Assembly (NCBI GenBank): GCA_945861645.1
Contig: CAMAVZ010000001.1
Coordinates: forward strand, 32,001 to 96,000
Length of the DNA: 64,000 bases
Reading direction: 5' to 3'
Source of the DNA: Opitutus sp. GAS368
Lineage (GTDB): Bacteria; Verrucomicrobiota; Verrucomicrobiia; Opitutales; Opitutaceae
Shown here: piece by piece, positions 39,355 to 48,324 of the stretch
How the letters are laid out: each line of letters starts with the position of its first letter
Position numbering within the stretch: the stretch's first letter is position 1
Notes under the pieces: generated by a model
The model's database searches: none
Seen by the model: the letters and a program-made list of their open reading frames with translations, nothing else
Told to the model about the DNA's origin: nothing
Position numbers and translations under genes: made by a program

Positions 39355-40257
39355 CTAAACGGCACTCGCCAAAATATTCGCGTTATTGAGGTGCTCGACG
39401 CCGGTGTACTTCAGCGACTGCTCATCAGCGTGATAACTTGAGCGGACGAGTGGGCCGCTTTCCACGGTGCCGAGACCTGCCGCTAGAGCAAAATCCTTCC
39501 AGTGTTTAAATTCCTCTGGCGTTACCCACCGGTCGATCTTCCAATGCTGCGGCGTTGGTTGGAGGTACTGGCCGAGCGTGAGAATGTCGGTTTTGTCACT
39601 GGCAATATCGCGTAGGCATTGCTCGATCTCGGTGGGCGTCTCGCCGAGGCCGAGCATAATGCCGGTTTTTGTGATGAAGCCGCGGCTCTTGGCGTGGCGG
39701 AGCACGCTGCGGCTGCGATCATAACGCGCCTGCACGCGCACAGGTTTTTGCAGCCGCTCCACCGTTTCAACGTTGTGGTTAAAAATATCCGGTCGGGCAT
39801 CGAGCACGAGATCGACCTGATTAAAGTTTCCTTTGAAATCTGGCACGAGCACCTCAATCGCGCAGTGCGGATTTTTATGCTTGGTCGCGCGAATAGTTGC
39901 CGCCCAGACGCTGGCGCCGCCGTCGGCGAGATCATCGCGGGCCACGGAGGTAATGACGCAATGTTTGAGCCCCATTTTTGCGACGGCATCAGCCACGCGG
40001 GCCGGTTCCCCAAGGTCGAATTCGGTGGGCCGGCCGGTTTGGATCGCGCAGAAATTGCAGGAGCGCGTGCATATATTGCCCAAGATCATGACCGTGGCGG
40101 TGCCGCGCGACCAGCATTCCCCGATGTTGGGGCATTGGGCGCTCTGACATACCGTATGAAGCTTATTTTCCTCCACGAGGCGCCGCGTCGCCTGATAGGC
40201 GGGGCCGGCGGGCAATTTGGCGCGGAGCCAGTCAGGTTTGCGAGTAGGGGGATTCAT
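39355..40257 (-). CDS. lipA: Lipoyl synthase
   Basis: RKPDWL, C-x4-C-x5-C, CTRSCNFC radical-SAM motif, NHNVETV, GQYLQP, RSSY. Confidence 0.98.
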   Translation of the reverse strand: MNPPTRKPDWLRAKLPAGPAYQATRRLVEENKLHTVCQSAQCPNIGECWSRGTATVMILGNICTRSCNFCAIQTGRPTEFDLGEPARVADAVAKMGLKHCVITSVARDDLADGGASVWAATIRATKHKNPHCAIEVLVPDFKGNFNQVDLVLDARPDIFNHNVETVERLQKPVRVQARYDRSRSVLRHAKSRGFITKTGIMLGLGETPTEIEQCLRDIASDKTDILTLGQYLQPTPQHWKIDRWVTPEEFKHWKDFALAAGLGTVESGPLVRSSYHADEQSLKYTGVEHLNNANILASAV

Positions 40258-40883
40258 TTTTCGACCTCCGCCACGACCGGCTCTTCGACCGGTTCGGCGG
40301 TCTCATCCCAGAGGCTCGGGGCTCCACGGCGTTGGGCCAGCCATTCCATGATGCCAGCAAAAAGTCCTGTGAACAGGAGATCGCCGAAAAGCGTGTTACG
40401 GAAAAAGAAAAGGGTGGGCGGATATTCTGGATGGCCAATGGTCAGCGCCTGCCACCAGCCGGCCAAGGTTTTCGCGTAAAAGACATCCCCAGCCCACGAT
40501 TGAGTATTGGTCACAAGGTAGAAAATTATCGCCCCGAGCAGGCCGCCATTGAGCAAACTGAGCCAAGATTTGCGCGAGCGCACCCACGCGCCGATGAGCA
40601 GTGCGCCGCCAAAACAAGCGGTGCGCGCGCCTAGGCCGGCGAGGGACCAGTGGAAGCCGTATTCGCGGGCGTAAAAATGATTGAGGTAAAGATCAGATAA
40701 AGCGAGGGCGCCAAAAGGAAGCGCCCAGCGCCAGCCGGGGCGAAAATAAACCCCGCCACAGAACGCGATCGCCATCACCGGAGAGAAATTAACGAGGGAC
40801 GGGTCAACCGTCGGAGCGAGTCGCGCGAGGGCCGCGAGCACGAGTAAAATAACGGCGATGAGCATGGTAATGAGTTTAGGCAC
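40254..40883 (-). CDS. DUF6580-like / ECF S-component-like membrane protein
   Basis: About 6 TM, NFSPVMAIA..GG, P..AL..SD, FYLVTN..SW, Y..T..G, FFRNTL.GDL; ATGA overlap with lipA. Confidence 0.75.
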   Translation of the reverse strand: MPKLITMLIAVILLVLAALARLAPTVDPSLVNFSPVMAIAFCGGVYFRPGWRWALPFGALALSDLYLNHFYAREYGFHWSLAGLGARTACFGGALLIGAWVRSRKSWLSLLNGGLLGAIIFYLVTNTQSWAGDVFYAKTLAGWWQALTIGHPEYPPTLFFFRNTLFGDLLFTGLFAGIMEWLAQRRGAPSLWDETAEPVEEPVVAEVEK

Positions 40884-40919
40884 AAATGATCGGATGCACA
40901 GATTATTTCAATCAGCGGT

Positions 40920-41468
40920 TCAGGCTTGTTCGGCCTCACGGGCCATCAACCACAGCAGATCAGATATGCGATTAACATAGCACAAGAGCACGGGTCGCAC
41001 GGTGGGAGTTGGCGATCCGAGCCCCACGAGTTGGCGCTCAGCGCGACGGGCGGCGGTGCGCGCAAGGTCGAGGGCCGCGGCATGCACGTTCGCGCCCGGC
41101 GTGGCCCAACCATCAAATTTTGGCTGGCGGGCCTCGATCACGGCGATCGCGGCATCGAGGTTCGCTAACTCCGCTTCGCCAATTTTTGCAAAAGAGGACG
41201 CGGCGTAACGCGCGGCGTCACTCGGCGCGCAACTGAGTTCCCCCATGAGGCCAACGAGCTCGCGTTGGATTCGTTCGATCGCCGTGCCGCTCGTGCCGGT
41301 GGGGCGGGTGGCTTTGGCGAAACCTAAAGCGGCGTTGAGTTCATCCAGTACCCCCACGGCTGCGATCTGGGGATGATTTTTAGGCACCCGCTGTCCGTAA
41401 AGCAGGCTGGTGGTGCCATCATCGCCGGTGCGCGTAGCGATGGAGCGAGCGGGGGGGAGGTCAGACAT
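40920..41468 (-). CDS. PduO-type ATP:cob(I)alamin adenosyltransferase
   Basis: TRTGDDGTT.L..G.RV.K, G.LDELNA.LG, ARTAARRAER, YVNRISD.L..MAR. Confidence 0.92.
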   Translation of the reverse strand: MSDLPPARSIATRTGDDGTTSLLYGQRVPKNHPQIAAVGVLDELNAALGFAKATRPTGTSGTAIERIQRELVGLMGELSCAPSDAARYAASSFAKIGEAELANLDAAIAVIEARQPKFDGWATPGANVHAAALDLARTAARRAERQLVGLGSPTPTVRPVLLCYVNRISDLLWLMAREAEQA

Positions 41469-41469
41469 A

Positions 41470-42039
41470 TTAAGATTTTTCCGCCAATTTACGGGTGCGC
41501 TTTTTCAAAGCTTTTACCAGAAGATCGATGTCGTTTAGGCTTGGCTTGGTCATGCGATCGATGAAGAGCACGCCATTCAGGTGATCAACCTCATGTTGCA
41601 CGCAGCGGCTCAACAGGCCATTGCAATGGAGGGTGTGATCGTGGCCGGCGGTGTCTTGAAATGTTACGGTGATGGTCTCAGGTCGCACCACATCGCCGCG
41701 GATTTTAGGGAAAGACAAACAGCCCTCCTCTGCAATGGCGGTGGGTTCGACCACCGATGTTACCTCGGGATTAACCAACACCAGCGGCATAAACAGATCC
41801 AGTGGCAGATGGGTGCCATCGTAGGTCCACTTAAATTTTGCTTCGACCCCGCTGAGGTCGACGACGCAAAGCTGCAGGGCTTCGCCGATTTGCTGAGCGG
41901 CCAGACCGATCCCTTCGGCCGCGTGCATGGTATCGATCATGACTGCAGCCAAGTGACGCAGGTGAGCGTTGTAGGCGGTGACCTTAGCGCCTTGCTTGCG
42001 CAAAATCGGATGGTTATAGTGAACAATTGGCAGCGACAT
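41470..42039 (-). CDS. def: Peptide deformylase
   Basis: GIGLAAQQIG, EGCLS, QHEVDHLNG. Confidence 0.97.
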   Translation of the reverse strand: MSLPIVHYNHPILRKQGAKVTAYNAHLRHLAAVMIDTMHAAEGIGLAAQQIGEALQLCVVDLSGVEAKFKWTYDGTHLPLDLFMPLVLVNPEVTSVVEPTAIAEEGCLSFPKIRGDVVRPETITVTFQDTAGHDHTLHCNGLLSRCVQHEVDHLNGVLFIDRMTKPSLNDIDLLVKALKKRTRKLAEKS

Positions 42040-42130
42040 TGGTCTGAGTTAAGTTCGCTAGTGTATTTGTTTGTGCCGGCGCGCGGCAAATAAATTTGTT
42101 TCCGCCAGCTTAACCGTTATGTCTTCCGCC

Positions 42131-43789
42131 ATGCCCATCAATTCCCGACCGACCGACGCCCGGGCTGCTCCCTGGCAGCTCTGGCTGGGGTTGGGCGTAG
42201 GGCTGTTGGCCGTGGCTTGGCTACTCCCAGTCAATGTTAAGTCCCTCAATGTCGCGCTGCTTCGTGAGGCCGGCCGGGGGACCCAAAGCGTCGCAGGTTT
42301 TGGGCGCGACTTGCTCGAATTAGATAAACCAGGCCCCGCCGCGCTGGTGTTAGCCGCGGCGAAAAAAACGGGCGATAGTGGCGCGGGCGCTCTCGAGATG
42401 ATCGCCGATAATTTTTCCCGTCAGCATCGCGAGATGATGCCATGGGGAGGATGGGATGTCGCGCTGGAGCCCTTGCTGGCCAACCGCAACGCCGCCGCTT
42501 CGGCGGCTTCGCAGCCGGTGCTCAAGTTTATGATCTTGCCGCAGGCGCGCGATAATCTCCGGCGTTATCTGACCGTCTCGCGCTTACCTGCGGTCCAAAC
42601 TTTGCTGAAGACGGCAGCGCTGACTACGACGCAGCGCTTTGTGCCAGCTAATCGTCCGGGCGGACAACCGTTGGAAGCGGTTATCTTACTGACCGCTTAT
42701 CTTTGGCAGACCGAGCATCTCTCGGCTCCCCTGCAGCGTGAGGTGCGGGCTCTCGCAGAACGAGCGGTCCAGTCAGGGCAGATGGGCGAGTTGGAGGATT
42801 TTTATTTGGATATTCTCACGCTGGGTCAGCGGCTGAATTGGATTCAGTTAGCGGAGCTTTTGCGCACGACGGGCAGTCTCGGGACGGTGGGGCAATTTGC
42901 GCATTTGACGCGCATGGCCCCGGAGCATCTGCCGATTATTTATACGGCGGCCTTGATGGCTAAATCCGCCGACACCGTCGCGCATTATCTCATTACCTAT
43001 GGCCGACGCGGCCTCGATAGCTTGCAACTGGCGCTTTCCTTTGGCGCAGGAGCGGTGGTGCAACTGGTGCAACGGCAAGTGCCAGTTACGAGTGGGGCGG
43101 GACTAGAATTTGAATGGGGGGCCGCCTTTGCCCTGCGTCATCCTGAGCTCGCGCTCTTGGCAAAATACGCGGCTTTTCTGGGAGGCATCTTTCTGCTGCT
43201 CCGGGCCGTCGATACGGGGCTTTTTTTTACGGTGGAAGCAACCTTGCGCAGTGCTTTTCCCCGCATGAGTAGCGGCCTGATTGCGATCATTCTCACTTTT
43301 ATCTTTTTTGTCTTTTCGGAGCCTTTTTTGTTAAAGGCTGCTCCCGTTTCTGATTATAAAATTAAACTCACTATTCCAGTTATCGGCGCCTTGGCGGCGC
43401 CGGTGACGAGCGAAGTAACCACCCCCACCACCATGGACCTCTCCACCATTCTCTCGATCACGCTGTTCGCCTGCTTGCAGGTCGGCATGTACGTTATCTG
43501 TTTGCTGAAAATCGCCGAGATCGACCGGCAGACCTTGGTCGCCACCGCTAAGCTCCGCCTCATGGAGAATGAGGAAAATCTGTTTGATGGGGGACTCTAC
43601 CTGGGCATTGCTGGCACCGCGACCGCGCTGGTGCTGCAAGTCCTCGGCGTGATCGATGCGAACTTATTAGCGGCTTATTCCTCCAACTTGTTTGGCATTG
43701 TCTGCGTGGCCCTCGTGAAGATCCGTCACGTGCGACCCTATAAGCGGAAACTGATTGTGGAATCACTAGGCACCGCCGCGACGGTTTAA
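42131..43789 (+). CDS. Multi-pass membrane protein with C-terminal MotA/TolQ/ExbB-like proton-channel region (putative)
   Basis: N-terminal TM, large helical soluble region, further TMs, then YLGIAGT and LLAAYSSNLFGI helices resembling the GLxGT and ALxTTxxG motifs. Start could be 42119. Confidence 0.6.
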   Translation: MPINSRPTDARAAPWQLWLGLGVGLLAVAWLLPVNVKSLNVALLREAGRGTQSVAGFGRDLLELDKPGPAALVLAAAKKTGDSGAGALEMIADNFSRQHREMMPWGGWDVALEPLLANRNAAASAASQPVLKFMILPQARDNLRRYLTVSRLPAVQTLLKTAALTTTQRFVPANRPGGQPLEAVILLTAYLWQTEHLSAPLQREVRALAERAVQSGQMGELEDFYLDILTLGQRLNWIQLAELLRTTGSLGTVGQFAHLTRMAPEHLPIIYTAALMAKSADTVAHYLITYGRRGLDSLQLALSFGAGAVVQLVQRQVPVTSGAGLEFEWGAAFALRHPELALLAKYAAFLGGIFLLLRAVDTGLFFTVEATLRSAFPRMSSGLIAIILTFIFFVFSEPFLLKAAPVSDYKIKLTIPVIGALAAPVTSEVTTPTTMDLSTILSITLFACLQVGMYVICLLKIAEIDRQTLVATAKLRLMENEENLFDGGLYLGIAGTATALVLQVLGVIDANLLAAYSSNLFGIVCVALVKIRHVRPYKRKLIVESLGTAATV

Positions 43790-43801
43790 GGAGACTGCGC
43801 G

Positions 43802-45190
43802 ATGAACAAGACGCTCTTATTAATTATGTGCGACTTTATGTTGCTCAATCTCCTCGCGCTCACGCGCTGGGAGAAAGCGGAGCCATCGCATACGCAGCTC
43901 GAGTCCGCGGCCCCGCGCTCGGCCGTCAATGCGCCCGCCATCAATGCGGACATGGTCGAGTTGATGCGCCTCACGCTCGAGGATGAAAAAACTGCCCGCG
44001 ACGCACTCGCCACGCAGCTAGCCGCCACGCGGGGTTCTTTGTCAGAGCGCGAGAAAAATCTGGCCGCGCTGCAACAGCAGAAGGGCCAGCTTGAAAATTC
44101 CTTGGCGGCCAACCAATCGAGTACCCGCGAGTTAGAGAAACGCTTTACGGCCACCGCGCAGGAGGCGGCCTTGTCCAAGGAACAGTTGGCCAAAATGCAG
44201 CGCGAACTGGAAGAGCGTCGCGCTGAGGCGGAGCGACAGAAAGCTGAGTTGGTGCGCTTGGATCGGCAAAATGCCGAAGCCCGGCAGCGGATTGAAAATC
44301 TTAATGTCGCCGTCCGCGTGGCCGAGCAGGAAAAAAAGTTGATTAGTCAAAACCTGACCGAGGCCAAACAGCAGGTGGAAGTCGAGCGACTCGAGCGCGC
44401 TAAAGTGCAGGAGCAAACTTCGCAGCTGACGCTGGGCGTGGGTCAATTGGCCCAACAATCAGGCGCCCTGAGTCAGGAGATTCGCAGTAATCGGCCCATT
44501 AATCCCAATATTATCTTCAGCGAATTTTTGGCGAATCGGGTGCAATCAAAATTTATTGCGCGCCGGCCAGGATTATTTAGCCCGACCGTGAAGGAGCATA
44601 ACACGCAAACGATTTTGGTGAGCGATGGTCAGCAAATTTATGCGCTGATGCATTTGAGCGACACGCCTTTTGTGTTGGGAGAAATTGCGATCGATTATGA
44701 TCAAGTAGCGGGTCGGCTGACCCGGGGTTCCTTCAGCGCGCCCTTGGCTGAGCTGCATTTTCTACGCTTGGATCCGCGCGTGATGGTGGCGCCGATCGAT
44801 GCCTCGCTGGCGGCCCTGATGGGTGGGAAAATCTATCGGCTGGCAGCGGAGCCTTTTAAATTTCCCGAAGCTGTCTTGGTGCGCGCGGATGACGGTCGTT
44901 ACGGCGAGACGCCCTTCCGCATTGACGCAGCTAACGCCAGCTACGTGAAGCTCGACAACCGAATTACCACGCGACTCTTCGGGGAAATCGCGCCCAAGCG
45001 CGGCGATCTCGTTTTTAGCAAAACGGGCGATCTGATTGGCATGATGGTCAACAGCGACTACTGCGCCGTGCTCGGTAATTTTACGGCCGCTTACATTCTG
45101 AAGACCGGAGAAAATCCTGAACCAAAGACGAGCGTCGTTTTATCGGAAGCATATACCCGGCTCCAGCGGTTACCTTTTAAATTACAGTGA
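43802..45190 (+). CDS. Single-TM protein with MotB/ExbD-like Asp, long coiled coil and degenerate trypsin-like C-terminal domain (putative)
   Basis: AGGAG RBS; N-terminal LLLIMCDFMLLNLLAL; heptad-rich E/Q/K/R region; C-terminal RGDLVFSKTGDLIGMMV. Confidence 0.6.
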   Translation: MNKTLLLIMCDFMLLNLLALTRWEKAEPSHTQLESAAPRSAVNAPAINADMVELMRLTLEDEKTARDALATQLAATRGSLSEREKNLAALQQQKGQLENSLAANQSSTRELEKRFTATAQEAALSKEQLAKMQRELEERRAEAERQKAELVRLDRQNAEARQRIENLNVAVRVAEQEKKLISQNLTEAKQQVEVERLERAKVQEQTSQLTLGVGQLAQQSGALSQEIRSNRPINPNIIFSEFLANRVQSKFIARRPGLFSPTVKEHNTQTILVSDGQQIYALMHLSDTPFVLGEIAIDYDQVAGRLTRGSFSAPLAELHFLRLDPRVMVAPIDASLAALMGGKIYRLAAEPFKFPEAVLVRADDGRYGETPFRIDAANASYVKLDNRITTRLFGEIAPKRGDLVFSKTGDLIGMMVNSDYCAVLGNFTAAYILKTGENPEPKTSVVLSEAYTRLQRLPFKLQ

Positions 45191-45262
45191 GGCGTTGGGC
45201 CCCGTCGGTGTACTCCGATCACAATTTTCCGGGTCTCTAATCGTCGTGGTCGATGCTTGAGC

Positions 45263-46033
45263 TTACAGACTCGTTGGTAAGGTGAGTTCGCGCACCCAGA
45301 TATTGCGAAAGGCGATGGGATTGCGGTGATCCTGTAGCATGAGCGGAAGTTTGGCGGCATGCGGAACATATTTGGGCTCGCCGCGATAAACTGTCGGGCC
45401 GCGCACGATGGCATCGTGCTGCACGAGCACGCCATTATGTAAAACCGTCAGCCGCGCGGGGCTGAGCAGGGTGCCATCCGCGGCAAAGCGCGGGGCTATA
45501 AAGACGGCCTCATAGGTCTGCCACTCGCCCGGGGGGCGACTGGCATTTACGAGCGGGGGATGCTGTTTATAAATTGAGCCGGCTTGGCCATTGACGTACG
45601 TGGGGTTATTAGACGAATCGAGCACCTGCAATTCATAGAGCCCCATGAAAAATACTCCGCTGTTGCCGCGGCCTTGACTCGAACCGACGACTTGGGCCGG
45701 AGTGCGAAATTCGAGATGCAGCTGGACGTCGCCGAAAGATTGTTTCGTCTGTTGATCATATGTGGGCGCAGGCGCGGGCTTAGTCGCCACCACCATTGCG
45801 CCAGCTTCAATCTGCCAAAGGTGGCCGTTGGCCTTGACTGGCTTCCAGGCCGCGAGCGAGGTGCCGTCGAATAATACGAAGGCGTCGGAGGGAACAAGGC
45901 CCGCGGTTGCCGTGACTACCGCTGGTACGGGCTGCCAATATTCCGTCACTTCAGGGGGCGGGAGATTTTCGGCATAGGTCAATCCAGTTAGGCCCGATAA
46001 TAAAAATAGGGCAGCGGAGGTGGGGCGCGTCAT
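45263..46033 (-). CDS. DUF1080 (3-keto-disaccharide hydrolase-like) exported protein
   Basis: PSDA.VLFDG, FGDVQLHLEF, GNSGVF, YELQVLD, WQTYE, LQDH, FRNIWVREL. Confidence 0.9.
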   Translation of the reverse strand: MTRPTSAALFLLSGLTGLTYAENLPPPEVTEYWQPVPAVVTATAGLVPSDAFVLFDGTSLAAWKPVKANGHLWQIEAGAMVVATKPAPAPTYDQQTKQSFGDVQLHLEFRTPAQVVGSSQGRGNSGVFFMGLYELQVLDSSNNPTYVNGQAGSIYKQHPPLVNASRPPGEWQTYEAVFIAPRFAADGTLLSPARLTVLHNGVLVQHDAIVRGPTVYRGEPKYVPHAAKLPLMLQDHRNPIAFRNIWVRELTLPTSL

Positions 46034-46117
46034 GGGGAAAAATTTGTGCAAGCGCGGCTAGGAGGCAAGAGCAGGAATCGCCGCCACGGCGAGAGCGCGT
46101 GCATCGATCAGGCTGAC

Positions 46118-47236
46118 TTAGGCAAACACGCCGCCGCCGAGTAGTTGCTCGCCACGGTAGAGCGCCATGATTTGGCCGGAGGCAAGGGCGCGTTGCGGTT
46201 GGGTAAAAGTTATGCGGGCCGATCTGGTTGTTGGCGGCGCGGCGGAATCTCCTGATGCTAGGGTCGGATAAAAATTAATCCCGACGCGCGGGTCGCGGTA
46301 GCGCACCCGGCATTCGATGGCTTGCGGTGAGCTCGCGGCCGATGGGGTGATGGGTTCACCAATAAAGCTGAGACGGTGAATTTGGCATTCGTGGGTCCAC
46401 AGGCCAGGTGCAGTCGGGCTGTCGAAAGCGACAAGTAAGGCGTGATCGCTGACGCGTTTGCCGGTGACGACATAAGCTTGATCGTCCGTGTTCGAGGGAA
46501 TGCGAATGCCGCGGCGTTGGCCAATCGTGTAATAGTGAAGCCCGCGATGTTCGCCGAGGATCTGCCCATCGGTGGCGCGTACAATGGGACCCGGGTGATC
46601 CGGCACATATGCCGCGAGAAAATCAGCCATCTTGACGGCGCCGATGAAGCAGATCCCTTGGCTGTCTTTTTTGTCCGCCGTCGCGAGGTGGGCGGCGGTC
46701 GCGATCCGTCGCAGTTCGGGCTTAGGCAGATGGCCAATCGGAAAGCGGGCGAAACGCAGTTGTGCCTGCGTCAGGAGCGCGAGAAAGTAGGATTGATCCT
46801 TATTTTTATCGAGCCCTTCTCTTAAAATATAATGATCCGGCGCGATCGCGATGCGTTGAGCATAGTGACCGGTCGCAAGAGCCGTGAAGCCTTCCGCTTC
46901 GGCGTAGGCGCGGAGGACGCCAAACTTAATGCGGCTATTGCACATCACATCAGGATTGGGGGTGAGCCCGTGCTGGTAGCCTTCGAGGAGATAATCCACG
47001 ATCAGTCGACGGTAGTCGGCCATGAGATTGAGGACGCGAAATTCAAGGCCGAGTTGATCCGCTACCGCGCGGGCATCGGCGATATCCTGCATCCAGGGGC
47101 AGTGGCCGATCACGTTATCTTCATTGATCCAATTTTTCATGTACGCGCCGACCACCGTGAAGCCTTGCTGCTTCAGGAGGAGAGCGGCGACGCTGCTGTC
47201 GACGCCGCCGGACATGGCCACTAAGATACGTTCCAT
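46118..47236 (-). CDS. mnmA: tRNA-specific 2-thiouridylase
   Basis: [46 protein letters not shown]. Confidence 0.97.
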   Translation of the reverse strand: MERILVAMSGGVDSSVAALLLKQQGFTVVGAYMKNWINEDNVIGHCPWMQDIADARAVADQLGLEFRVLNLMADYRRLIVDYLLEGYQHGLTPNPDVMCNSRIKFGVLRAYAEAEGFTALATGHYAQRIAIAPDHYILREGLDKNKDQSYFLALLTQAQLRFARFPIGHLPKPELRRIATAAHLATADKKDSQGICFIGAVKMADFLAAYVPDHPGPIVRATDGQILGEHRGLHYYTIGQRRGIRIPSNTDDQAYVVTGKRVSDHALLVAFDSPTAPGLWTHECQIHRLSFIGEPITPSAASSPQAIECRVRYRDPRVGINFYPTLASGDSAAPPTTRSARITFTQPQRALASGQIMALYRGEQLLGGGVFA

Positions 47237-47361
47237 CGGCTTAAGCAGTTCGCGGCGCAGGCTTTTTGTCAATCCACCTGCGCGCGACGATTCGAGACCC
47301 CGCATATTTTGCTGCGCGCAGTGATGCTTTACAGATGAGGGCGGGGGCTTAGCTTCAGAGG

Positions 47362-48324
47362 ATGCGATATTTTATCATCAGCCTGTGCCTTGCGGTGATC
47401 ACGATGCGGGCAGAAACCTTAACGCCTACGGCGGCTCCGCCTTTAGTTATTCCTGCGCGAACAGCGGCGCGGCCGGTCCGACCTTATCCCGACGTCGATC
47501 ACGTAGTCATCATCAGTATCGATGGACTGCGGCCGGATCGACTTTTGTTGGCCAACACGCCGACCCTGCGCGGTCTCATCGCGCGCGGCGCCTATACTTT
47601 TTGGGCCAAAACCACCGCCTTGGGCACTACCTTGCCCTCGCATACCAGCATGCTGACGGCGGTGAAGCCGCGTAAGCACGGCATTTTATGGAATACAGAT
47701 TTACCGCTGAAGGCAGCGATATACCCCAATTATCCGACGCTGTTTGAGCTGGCGCGTCGTGCGGGTTACACGACCGCAATGGCGGCGGGGAAAACTAAAT
47801 TTAATGGTATCAACAAGCCCGGCACGATCCAACATGTTGATGTATCCAGTAAAGACGAGGTCGAGGATGAATCCGTCACCGTCGCGGCGGAAAGCATGAT
47901 CGCCGCGCATCAGCCGGAAGTTTTATTTATACATTTGCCCGCGGTGGACTACGCGGGCCACAAATATGGTTGGGCTTCGGTCGAGCAATTGGCCACCATC
48001 GAAAAGGTGGATGGCCAGGTGCAGCGGATCTTTACCGCGCTGGCGCGGGCGGGTTTGACGGAGCGCACGGTGGTGATGCTGACGTCCGACCATGGCGGGG
48101 CGGGTAAGACGCACGGGCAGGAGGATGATCCGCGGAGTCGGCATATTCCTTGGATTATGGTAGGGCCGCACATCCAGCCGGGTGACCTCACCCGTGAGGC
48201 TGATTTGGTGGTTAATACGGAAGACACCGGTGCGACGGCCTGTTATTTATTAGGTTTATCCCAGCTGCCGTATTTCGACGGTCGACCGGTGTTAGCGGCC
48301 TTGATCAATCCCCCCGCGCCTTGA
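47362..48324 (+). CDS. Exported alkaline phosphatase superfamily protein (nucleotide pyrophosphatase/phosphodiesterase type)
   Basis: Signal peptide, ISIDGLRPD, Thr-nucleophile [19 protein letters not shown]. Confidence 0.88.
   Translation: MRYFIISLCLAVITMRAETLTPTAAPPLVIPARTAARPVRPYPDVDHVVIISIDGLRPDRLLLANTPTLRGLIARGAYTFWAKTTALGTTLPSHTSMLTAVKPRKHGILWNTDLPLKAAIYPNYPTLFELARRAGYTTAMAAGKTKFNGINKPGTIQHVDVSSKDEVEDESVTVAAESMIAAHQPEVLFIHLPAVDYAGHKYGWASVEQLATIEKVDGQVQRIFTALARAGLTERTVVMLTSDHGGAGKTHGQEDDPRSRHIPWIMVGPHIQPGDLTREADLVVNTEDTGATACYLLGLSQLPYFDGRPVLAALINPPAP

Noticed and set aside
39619-40479. 286-aa plus-strand ORF
   Set aside because: Antisense to lipA and the DUF6580-like gene, both strongly supported
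40884-42118. Cobalamin riboswitch expected near pduO/DUF6580
   Set aside because: Spacers are 36, 1 and about 80 bp and lack B12-box motifs
42131-45190. Zorya (ZorAB) anti-phage system as the identity of the motor-like pair
   Set aside because: No OmpA-like domain in B, the long helical tail is on B rather than A, no zorC/D/E, and no defence-island context
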